From: Planctomycetales bacterium
GTDB taxonomy: Bacteria > 4484-113
Reading direction: 5' to 3'
Assembly (NCBI GenBank): GCA_037445915.1
Contig: JBBIJQ010000014.1
Coordinates: 6,918 to 26,880 of the forward strand
Length of the DNA stretch: 19,963 bases
The notes beneath the pieces are model-generated. The model searched no databases. It had not been told where the DNA came from and saw only the letters and a list, made by a program, of their open reading frames with translations. Of the stretch, positions 1 to 6,980 are shown piece by piece (within the stretch, counting starts at the first letter, position 1; each line of letters opens with the position of its first letter). A program made the translations under genes and the position numbers.

Positions 1-7
1 AGAACAT
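1..7 (-). CDS. Start (ATG TTC T...) of a probable second GIY-YIG nuclease copy, truncated by the window edge
   Basis: Positions 1-55 are identical to 330-384, which hold the SD, spacer and first codons (Met-Phe) of the GIY-YIG gene at 94-336. The rest lies outside the window. Confidence 0.6.
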
Positions 8-55
8 AAAACAATCCTCCGCGGGAGGGGCTCGAACCCCCAACCTACTGGTTAA
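1..55. repeat. 55-bp perfect direct repeat, copy at 330-384 (period 329 bp)
   Basis: agaacataaaacaatcctccgcgggaggggctcgaacccccaacctactggttaa occurs at 1-55 and 330-384. In addition, 73-88 matches 395-410 at 15/16. Confidence 0.97.
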
Positions 56-88
56 TCCCGCCTGCGGCGGGACTCTGCTATTGAGCTA
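17..88 (-). pseudogene. Pseudo-tRNA-Asn: D-arm, 3' anticodon half, T-arm and 3' acceptor strand kept; 5' acceptor strand lost; 5' anticodon arm replaced by a palindrome
   Basis: The minus strand reads TAGCTCAATAGCAGAG-TCCCGCCGCAGGCGGGA-TTAACCAGTAGGTTGGGGGTTCGAGCCCCTCCCGCGGAG. The real tRNA reads TAGCTCAATGGCAGAG-CGGCTGGCTG-TTAACCAGT... with an identical remainder. Confidence 0.9.
56..72. repeat. REP-like palindrome TCCCGCC-TGC-GGCGGGA
   Basis: Perfect 7-bp inverted repeat with a 3-nt loop (GCA on the minus strand). Confidence 0.85.
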
Positions 89-93
89 TCGAT

Positions 94-336
94 TCATTCC
101 TCTAGGAACCTTTTAACTCCGCGTTTCTTGATCTTCCGTTCAAGGAGCATTGCTTCAGAGCGGCTGGCTGCTTTGGATGCCCAGATAATCTCCCACATTC
201 CGGCATGCCGATGAGTAGTCCTACCGCCTCCAAATTCGGGACGATTGTGCTCCTCTAGCCGTCGCAGTAGGTTGTCGGTCTGCCCGCAATATAGCGCCCG
301 GCTTTCGTTGTTTCTAAGGATATAAACGTAGAACAT
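94..336 (-). CDS. Small standalone GIY-YIG nuclease family protein (UPF0213/YhbQ/SLX1-like), 80 aa
   Basis: MFYVYIL...LYCGQT.NL.RRL.EHN...SRSEAM.LER.IK matches the GIY-YIG motifs. The start is set at ATG 336, which has GGAGG 8 nt upstream. The longer 372 start lies inside the tRNA. Confidence 0.9.
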   Translation of the reverse strand: MFYVYILRNNESRALYCGQTDNLLRRLEEHNRPEFGGGRTTHRHAGMWEIIWASKAASRSEAMLLERKIKKRGVKRFLEE

Positions 337-345
337 AAAACAATC

Positions 346-417
346 CTCCGCGGGAGGGGCTCGAACCCCCAACCTACTGGTTAACAGCCAGCCGCTCTGC
401 CATTGAGCTACCGCGGA
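346..417 (-). tRNA. tRNA-Asn (anticodon GTT), CCA not encoded
   Basis: TCCGCGG TA GCTC AATGGCA GAGC G GCTGG CTGTTAA CCAGT AGGTT GGGGG TTCGAGC CCCTC CCGCGGA G folds into a full cloverleaf. Confidence 0.97.
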
Positions 418-428
418 ATAGGCTGTGC

Positions 429-457
429 ATTATACCCGTCTCGTCACTTGCCTTCAA
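429..457 (-). promoter_or_regulatory. Sigma70-type promoter for tRNA-Asn (and possibly the GIY-YIG array)
   Basis: TTGAAG (457-452), 17-nt spacer, TATAAT (434-429), ending 11 nt before the tRNA 5' end. Confidence 0.75.
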
Positions 458-493
458 GGGGCAAGCCAGCTTTCCTTGTCGCGCTGAGTCTCC

Positions 494-522
494 TTGACAT
501 CACAGCTAAGATAGGATACATT
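494..522 (+). promoter_or_regulatory. Sigma70-type promoter for perR-katA
   Basis: TTGACA (494-499), 17-nt spacer, TACATT (517-522). Confidence 0.75.
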
Positions 523-572
523 CTTACTTGAGAGTGATTACTATTTTGGCGGAAACCCACGAAAACGGCGGC

Positions 573-1124
573 ATGCAGCTTACGGCGGATGAAAAACGTC
601 AGCGGATGGCACATTTCGTGAATGAGCTTAAGCGAAACGGCATAAAGCTTACGCAGCAGCGAATGGAAGTATTCCGCGAACTATTAAAATCGCAGGATCA
701 TCCTGATGCTGAAGCAATTTTCAAAGCTGTCCGCAAGCGTATGCCGACAATTTCCCAAGACACTGTCTACCGGACAATGTGGATGCTGCTTGACATAGGG
801 CTGATAGGCATCCTAAACAATTTGCATGCTAAGACGCGTTTTGACGCTAACATCAGCGCTCACCACCATTTCATCTGCGTGAGATGCGGCATTGCGCGTG
901 ACTTTGTATGCGAAGAGCTGGATAATTTCCCTTTGTCGGATGCTGTTGCAAGCCTTGGAATCGCGCAAAATACGCGGGTAGAGGTCAAGGGCTTATGCCT
1001 TGCGGTGCAGCAAGGGCAAGGTCAAGCAGCCCATTTAGGCACCATACATCTAGGAGGTTTGATATATGAAAGACGGCAAAAAGAACCCGCTGACTACTGG
1101 CTTTGGAATGCCAGTGGACAATGA
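573..1124 (+). CDS. perR: Fur-family transcriptional repressor, PerR-like; C-terminus probably frameshifted near 999-1005 (restored stop TAG 1036-1038)
   Basis: Motifs [30 protein letters not shown]...[10 protein letters not shown] and VKGLC. It lies directly upstream of catalase. ATG 573 was chosen because TTG 528 coincides with the predicted TSS. Confidence 0.8.
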   Translation: MQLTADEKRQRMAHFVNELKRNGIKLTQQRMEVFRELLKSQDHPDAEAIFKAVRKRMPTISQDTVYRTMWMLLDIGLIGILNNLHAKTRFDANISAHHHFICVRCGIARDFVCEELDNFPLSDAVASLGIAQNTRVEVKGLCLAVQQGQGQAAHLGTIHLGGLIYERRQKEPADYWLWNASGQ

Positions 1125-2553
1125 CCTGAATTCGCAGACGGCAGGTGAGAAAGGGCCGGTGCTGATGCAAGACATTCACTTGATTGAGAAGCTCGCCCAC
1201 TTTGACCGGGAGCGAATTCCCGAGCGAGTAGTGCATGCCAAAGGCGCTGGCGCGCACGGCTACTTTGAAGTTACGCGCGATGTAACGCAGTACACGCGCG
1301 CAAAGTTTCTTTCAGAAGTAGGAAAGCGCACTGATGTATTTGTTCGCTTTTCAACTGTCGGCGGCGAGAAGGGTTCGGCAGATACAGAGCGCGATCCTCG
1401 CGGTTTCGCCGTTAAGTTTTACACCGAAGAAGGCAACTACGATTTGGTCGGCAACAACACTCCAGTCTTTTTTATCCGCGACCCGCTGAAGTTTCCTGAT
1501 TTTATCCACACCCAGAAGCGCCACCCGGCGACCAATCTCAAAGACCCGAACATGTTCTGGGACTTTCTTTCCCTCACGCCCGAGTCTATCCACCAAGTCA
1601 CCATCCTTTTCTCCAACCATGGCACGCCGAAGAGTTACCGCCATATGAACGGCTACGGCAGCCATACTTTCATGTGGTACAACCTAAAAGGCGAGTATTT
1701 CTGGGTGAAATTCCATTTTAAGACGGAGCAGGGCGTCCAAAATTTCACAGGAGAGGAAGCCGACCTGATGCGCGGGGTTGATCCTGACCACGCAACTCGC
1801 GACCTTTATGATGCGATAGCAAGGGGCGAGTTCCCTTCATGGCGGCTTGAAGTTCAGGTTATGATGCCAGAACAAGCTGAAAGTTATCGGTTTGACCCTT
1901 TCGATGTCACGAAAGTGTGGCCGCACGCAGACTTTCCGACCATGGACATCGGAAGGCTGGTACTTAACCGCAACCCTGAAAATTATTTCGCAGAAGTGGA
2001 GCAGGCTGCATTTTCACCCGGTAACTTTGTTCCAGGCATTGGCCCATCGCCAGACAAGATGCTGCAAGGCCGCCTTTTCAGTTACCACGACACCCAGCGG
2101 CATCGCCTTGGCCCGAACTTCCACCTGCTGGCGATCAACGCCCCGAAGGCTTCTGTCATGACCAGTTATCAAAGGGATGGAGCCATGCGCACCGACAATA
2201 ATAGTGGTGGCGGGCCTAATTACTGGCCAAACAGCTACGGGGGGCCTGAGCCTGACCCGTCTTACAATGTACCGCCGATTGGTGTTAGCGGGCTGGCTGC
2301 TAAGCATTCCTACAAGCTAACTGAAATTGACTTCGTCCAGGCAGGCGACCTTTACAGCAAGGTAATGAACAACGTAGACCGAGAACACTTGATAAACAAC
2401 ATTGTTTCGCACTTACAGAATGCTGAAAAAGCGTTTCAGCTTCGCCAAACTGTGCTGTTCTATCGGGCAGACCCGGACTATGGTTTCCGCGTAAGCGCGG
2501 GACTTCAATTGGACTTTGAGGAAATAAAGCGCCTAGCAGCTGAGCCTCTCTAG
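1066..2553 (+). CDS. katA: Monofunctional small-subunit heme catalase
   Basis: [17 protein letters not shown] distal-His motif, RLFSYHDTQ proximal-Tyr motif, [20 protein letters not shown] at 1052-1057. Confidence 0.97.
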   Translation: MKDGKKNPLTTGFGMPVDNDLNSQTAGEKGPVLMQDIHLIEKLAHFDRERIPERVVHAKGAGAHGYFEVTRDVTQYTRAKFLSEVGKRTDVFVRFSTVGGEKGSADTERDPRGFAVKFYTEEGNYDLVGNNTPVFFIRDPLKFPDFIHTQKRHPATNLKDPNMFWDFLSLTPESIHQVTILFSNHGTPKSYRHMNGYGSHTFMWYNLKGEYFWVKFHFKTEQGVQNFTGEEADLMRGVDPDHATRDLYDAIARGEFPSWRLEVQVMMPEQAESYRFDPFDVTKVWPHADFPTMDIGRLVLNRNPENYFAEVEQAAFSPGNFVPGIGPSPDKMLQGRLFSYHDTQRHRLGPNFHLLAINAPKASVMTSYQRDGAMRTDNNSGGGPNYWPNSYGGPEPDPSYNVPPIGVSGLAAKHSYKLTEIDFVQAGDLYSKVMNNVDREHLINNIVSHLQNAEKAFQLRQTVLFYRADPDYGFRVSAGLQLDFEEIKRLAAEPL

Positions 2554-2654
2554 GCGGCGCTGAAGCGAATGCAGCTGCGGTGGAAGCGGTGCAGCGTTGC
2601 CAAGGGAGCCGGATTGGCATAGAATCAATGAACTTCCACGCCGGGGTACGGATT

Positions 2655-3371
2655 ATGAAATTGCGCAATAGCGTTGTCTTGATGGCGTTGGCGCTGCTCA
2701 TCGCCTATACAATTCCAGCAGCTTCCGCCGAGTGCGCGCGGCAGGGCGAAAAGTCTTGCGGCAAGCCCGAGACCTCTTGCGACAGCCACTACAGTAGCCG
2801 TTCCTACGATCGTGAGTGTGCCGAAAGCTGCGCCGAGTGCGGCTCCTGCGGCGATGATGCAGGATATGGAAATTGCCCTAAGGACGAAAACTGCGCTGGC
2901 GAGCGCTGGCGCAGCCAAGCTTCCAAGCGCAGCGCGGGCATGCGCCATGGAGACCGCAAGAGTTATCAGTTCGCTGAGGAACGGGATTTCCAAAGGCTAG
3001 TTGATAATGAGCTGAAGCTCTGCGCCTGCCAAAAAATCAGCCTTGCTGAAAAGCGTAATGCCTGGATGGCTGAAACTATTGAGCTTCAACGGCTGTATTT
3101 CGCAGACCGCAGCATCGGCATAGAAGGCTTTAACCACCGCCTAACTCTTCTCAATCGAAGATACGACCGTTGCACGCGCAAGATGCTCAGCCCACTCCAA
3201 GATACCGTGTTTCCTGAGCACATGTGGGTGCTTTATAGCAGTTCTGCATGGAATAAAGGGTTTCATCCTGGATTCAAGCGCGTTTTGCGCGAAATGCTGG
3301 AAGAGCACGAACGCGACTTCCGCAAGCATTACGGCAAGCGCGGGAAGTGGGTCGAGGGATGCTACCACTAA
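2655..3371 (+). CDS. Hypothetical secreted protein with a Cys-rich N-terminal region
   Basis: MKLRNSVVLMALALLIAYTIPAASA looks like a signal peptide with an ASA cleavage site. It is followed by a Cys-rich segment and a charged, probably helical C-terminal region. Confidence 0.6.
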   Translation: MKLRNSVVLMALALLIAYTIPAASAECARQGEKSCGKPETSCDSHYSSRSYDRECAESCAECGSCGDDAGYGNCPKDENCAGERWRSQASKRSAGMRHGDRKSYQFAEERDFQRLVDNELKLCACQKISLAEKRNAWMAETIELQRLYFADRSIGIEGFNHRLTLLNRRYDRCTRKMLSPLQDTVFPEHMWVLYSSSAWNKGFHPGFKRVLREMLEEHERDFRKHYGKRGKWVEGCYH

Positions 3372-3487
3372 GCTATAAACGGGTACGATAGCCGCACGCC
3401 AGTGCATAGTATTTATCTATAATCTTTATAATAGCTTGAGATAGGTCTATACTCCGCCCGGGATACTTCTTATTCTGGAGCGAATTT

Positions 3488-3820
3488 ATGGACAGGACGA
3501 TACTGATTAACAGCAGCCGCCTTGGCATAGGCGACGACGCGCTAGGCGATGTCCTTATTGCTTCATTTCTCAGGAAGCTCTGCTTGGTGGAGAGCAAGCC
3601 CGACCGAATCATTCTCTACAACAGTGGCGTGCTGTTGGCTGCACAGGGCTCTCAAGTTCTTGACGCGCTTGATACGATGGCGCGGCAGGGCGTAGATATA
3701 CTCTCTTGTGGCACTTGCTTGGGCCACTTTGGACTGCTAGATAAGCTGGCAGTCGGGCGCAAAAGCGATATGCAGGAGATTTCCAACTTTCTGAGCGTTG
3801 ACCAAGTTACGACTGTTTAG
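3488..3820 (+). CDS. DsrE-like / YedF-type sulfurtransferase-like protein (standalone domain)
   Basis: G.GDDALG..L...FL, LYNSGV.L, ILSCGTCL..FGL, L.VG..S.M..I motifs; GGAG SD. Confidence 0.85.
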   Translation: MDRTILINSSRLGIGDDALGDVLIASFLRKLCLVESKPDRIILYNSGVLLAAQGSQVLDALDTMARQGVDILSCGTCLGHFGLLDKLAVGRKSDMQEISNFLSVDQVTTV

Positions 3821-3862
3821 CGGGCTAAGCCAGTTCTGCTTTCCGGTTTACGTGGTTTCTTT

Positions 3863-3890
3863 GGAACAAATTGCTTAACTGTCTCGTCTA
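3863..3890 (+). promoter_or_regulatory. Possible ECF sigma-factor promoter
   Basis: GGAAC (3863-3867), 17 nt, CGTCTA (3885-3890), upstream of the Ig-like protein gene. Confidence 0.4.
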
Positions 3891-3931
3891 ATAAGGTATA
3901 ATCTTATACTGAGGACGGGTAACTCCTAATA

Positions 3932-5038
3932 TTGGAGCGGGCAGTGAAGTACGCAATTTGGATTACAGTCGCCCTGGCCCTGTGGGCAAGCAATTCGCTC
4001 GCCCAAGTAGCGAACCCAAAAGACCCTCTAACCCTCTTCGCACCACAGCCTATATTTCAGCTTACCTCAGGGAAGTTAGGCAGTTTTGACGCGACCGTAG
4101 ACTCTACTTTCGCCTGCGTGCCAGCTGATAGCGCAACCGAGGCCGTTTTAACTGTCCGGTTGTTTGCTGGCAGTTCACCTGTTTCTGGCCGAATGCTAGC
4201 GCTACTCTTCGTAGACGGTGATGGTCGGCTAATACCCGATAGTCCCGTTACTAACGGGAATGGCGAAGCGACTTTTACTTACCGCGCAGGGAAACTTGCA
4301 ATCACGAACCGCTTTGAGCTCCTTGATGTTTCAACTGGAGCAACGATGGAAGTCGTTCTCCCGACGAGCCTATGCGCACAGGTTAAGATTGAGCTTGTTG
4401 ACCCGGTTATGTACGCTCAGCGGCAATCATCGGCGATGCTGCGGCCTGACATGTTTAACCTTTCGCTTAAGGCTTTTCCTGAAGCGCTGCCAGCGGACGG
4501 AGTTTCAAGTTCGCGCATTACCGCCTATCTCACTTATAAGGATGGCAGGCCTGCAGCAGGCTTTCCCATCACATTCAGCATAGTCAACGGCTCAGGCGGA
4601 ATCACTCAGGAGCAGAATGCAACAGACGCCCAAGGGTACGTGACCGCCTTTTACCGCGTCGGCGAAACAGTTGGCATTACTACGATCTCGGCGGTTGAGC
4701 TAACTACTGGCAAGCGCGCATCAGTTGAAATAGTCATTGTCGAGGCAGGGCCCGCTAAGCTCAAGCTTTGGCTGGTAGATATTTCCGGGACACGCCTGGA
4801 AGAGAAAGCCTCACTGCCTGCTGACGGCTCTTCGGCGATAACCTGCGTTGCCCAGGTGCTTTCCCTCGTGGATACTCCGATAGCAGGGGCCAAAGTGCAG
4901 TTCACGCTTAAGAACAATCTTGGCCGGCTGGAGGTCATTGAGGCCGCTACGGACGGTAACGGCGTAATCCATGCTATTTTTACCGCGAGCACCATCACAG
5001 GCGAGGAGACAGTAACCGCCTACTTGATATCAGAGTAG
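3932..5038 (+). CDS. Secreted protein with about three Big_1 (invasin/intimin-type) Ig-like domains
   Basis: Signal peptide ending SLA-Q; repeated motifs TNGNGEATFTY / TDAQGYVTAFY / TDGNGVIHAIF and LPADGVSSSRIT / LPADGSSAIT. Confidence 0.75.
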   Translation: MERAVKYAIWITVALALWASNSLAQVANPKDPLTLFAPQPIFQLTSGKLGSFDATVDSTFACVPADSATEAVLTVRLFAGSSPVSGRMLALLFVDGDGRLIPDSPVTNGNGEATFTYRAGKLAITNRFELLDVSTGATMEVVLPTSLCAQVKIELVDPVMYAQRQSSAMLRPDMFNLSLKAFPEALPADGVSSSRITAYLTYKDGRPAAGFPITFSIVNGSGGITQEQNATDAQGYVTAFYRVGETVGITTISAVELTTGKRASVEIVIVEAGPAKLKLWLVDISGTRLEEKASLPADGSSAITCVAQVLSLVDTPIAGAKVQFTLKNNLGRLEVIEAATDGNGVIHAIFTASTITGEETVTAYLISE

Positions 5039-5063
5039 CCGCTTCGCGCTTCGCTTAGGATTG

Positions 5064-6602
5064 TTACCGTTTGCGAAACAGCACGTAAAGCGGCCTATCA
5101 ATCGCGCCACCTCTTTTAACAACCCAGTTTCCGCTAACTGCTAGCTTATCAGCTATGTCACTTGTGCGGAGTATTAGAACAAAGTAGCCTGCGCCGTCAC
5201 TTGCAATTAGCTCTTTAGGCGGAACCACTGCGCGCCCTTCGTTCAGCCAGCTGTTATACGCCTGTGCAGCATTTCCGATTGGTATTCCTTTGCGACGGAT
5301 GGTGACAGTCGCGTCTTCAGTCCAAATACTCGGGGGTGAATGTTCGGTAACAGCGTGTTCATTAATGAGCGTGCTGATTGAATCCTCAACAAAGTTGGCT
5401 TCAACAATGTGCGTGCGCCACAAAACTAGTTCGTGTTTGAGGCGATGCGTGGATACCGTGAAGACAGCATAAAACGCAATCAGGGCTGCAACTACAATGA
5501 TTGAGCGCAGCTTAGGACTTAATTTGGGTGTGATGACACTAAGAAAAAAGCACCCAATAGCAAGGCCCGCCAACTCAGTGAGCAGGCTTGAACGGAGGGT
5601 GTAATATGCTGCGCTCAGCGGAATGGGCGCGATGAGAAGGAACATCACAGCCGCAAGTGCCTGCCGCCTTTGAATGCCAAGGATAACCGCAAATAGAGCT
5701 GCGGCCAGCCCAAGTAGTAAGAGCGGCCTGCGGACGAAGTGGTAGTAGTTGATTGCAGAGTGTTTAGCAAGTTCCTGAACAGAATAGTAGTCCAACAGGC
5801 CGGACGTATGAGCCGTCTTTTTGAGGCTGCCGTACTGGTCCCAAACATAGCCGTTAATGTCGCCCGCGCGCGGTAATCCATCCAGCACGCCGCGCTCGGC
5901 AAGCCTGTGATAGCGAAACTCAAGGCCGCACCAAATTTGCTCACGCAAAGTACTGGTATATCCGGAAAACTTGGAGGTGAAGAATAAAGCGATACTCATT
6001 GCAGCCAACAATCCTATTGCGTAGCGGGCAGGCCTGTTGTTGAGTGTAGGCAATAGCGCTATTGCGGCGGCTAGGGTTAGCGCAGGGGCGTGATACCTTA
6101 GCTGGGAAAGCACAATAGTGAGGAATACGATTAGGAGCAATTGCAGCGTAAATAGTCGGTTCAGGCTGCCATTTCTGTATGTGAACTGGAAGCAAACTGC
6201 CAGAAGTAGCAAAGTCAGAGCCGTGTATAACATGTCAACCGACGGTGACAAGACTGAGCTAAACAGGCTCGGGGAGGTGATTGCAGCTAAAAGCGCAAGC
6301 ATTGCAGCCGGAATAGGCTTGTAGTTCTTGATGGATGCAGCCAGCAGTATACACATGACAACTGCGAGGCCGAAAGCCGAGAGTACCCTTCCTGCAATCA
6401 CTCCACCGCCAAGCGACTGAAGCAACACCGGATAACCGCATGGAAAATATCGAGATGGGGTTTCCCCCATGAACGCTAGAAAGTCCGGCTGCCAAAGGAT
6501 GAGTCCAGGGCTATAAAGGATGTAGATATACGCGGCAAAAGCTGCGGAGTAAATACAAGCTAGAACGATACCAGTTCGCTGGCTAATCCAGTTGCATGCC
6601 AC
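5064..6602 (-). CDS. Multi-pass membrane protein, probable GT-C fold (ArnT/PMT-like) glycosyltransferase
   Basis: Many TM segments, an acidic residue after TM1 (WQPD), P.GYP motif and a soluble C-terminal domain; in an operon with a GT2 and an SMR/EamA gene. Confidence 0.55.
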   Translation of the reverse strand: MACNWISQRTGIVLACIYSAAFAAYIYILYSPGLILWQPDFLAFMGETPSRYFPCGYPVLLQSLGGGVIAGRVLSAFGLAVVMCILLAASIKNYKPIPAAMLALLAAITSPSLFSSVLSPSVDMLYTALTLLLLAVCFQFTYRNGSLNRLFTLQLLLIVFLTIVLSQLRYHAPALTLAAAIALLPTLNNRPARYAIGLLAAMSIALFFTSKFSGYTSTLREQIWCGLEFRYHRLAERGVLDGLPRAGDINGYVWDQYGSLKKTAHTSGLLDYYSVQELAKHSAINYYHFVRRPLLLLGLAAALFAVILGIQRRQALAAVMFLLIAPIPLSAAYYTLRSSLLTELAGLAIGCFFLSVITPKLSPKLRSIIVVAALIAFYAVFTVSTHRLKHELVLWRTHIVEANFVEDSISTLINEHAVTEHSPPSIWTEDATVTIRRKGIPIGNAAQAYNSWLNEGRAVVPPKELIASDGAGYFVLILRTSDIADKLAVSGNWVVKRGGAIDRPLYVLFRKR

Positions 6603-6605
6603 AGC

Positions 6606-6980
6606 TTACGCACCTAGATTGATTATGACGATGCCTGCAATGATTAAAGACGCACCAACCACCTTCACCCAGGTAATCGGCTCTGAAAAGAGAAAGTGGC
6701 TGCCTGCAAAGATAATTATATAGGAGAGGGCTACCATTGGGTAAGCGACGGTCAATGGCGTCTCTCTGAGCGCGGCTATCCACAAAACTGCGCTGACGGC
6801 AAAACAGGCAAACGCTGCAAGCACAGAGCCTGTAGTAAACAACTCTATCAGCCAGCGCCAAACACCAAGATGAGAAGGCGCAGGCAAGATGCGCGAAGCG
6901 TACTTGAACAGCAACTGGCCGACAGCGCCAAGCGCAATGCTCGTTAGCAGTATCGCTATTGTCCTAGCTGTCAGTCCCAT
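6606..6980 (-). CDS. Small 4-TM SMR/EamA-like transporter, ArnE/ArnF-like flippase subunit
   Basis: GQLLFK, W..AL..TPLTVAYPMVALSY, F.EPIT..K..G..LII.GI motifs. Confidence 0.85.
   Translation of the reverse strand: MGLTARTIAILLTSIALGAVGQLLFKYASRILPAPSHLGVWRWLIELFTTGSVLAAFACFAVSAVLWIAALRETPLTVAYPMVALSYIIIFAGSHFLFSEPITWVKVVGASLIIAGIVIINLGA

Noticed and set aside
337-372. N-terminal extension of the GIY-YIG ORF given in the ORF track
   Set aside because: It overlaps the tRNA T-arm and acceptor stem. ATG 336 has an SD and matches the family N-terminus.
1-384. Direct repeat read as a CRISPR array or a classical prophage attL/attR pair
   Set aside because: The repeat is tRNA-derived and 329 bp apart. 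It extends beyond the tRNA into the ORF start and also retains the D-arm. No cas or integrase gene is visible. An att-type origin cannot be fully excluded without the left flank.
447-465. Inverted repeat CTTGCC-N7-GGCAAG over the tRNA -35 box
   Set aside because: Short, has no U-tract, and lies between divergent promoters. There is no support for a function.
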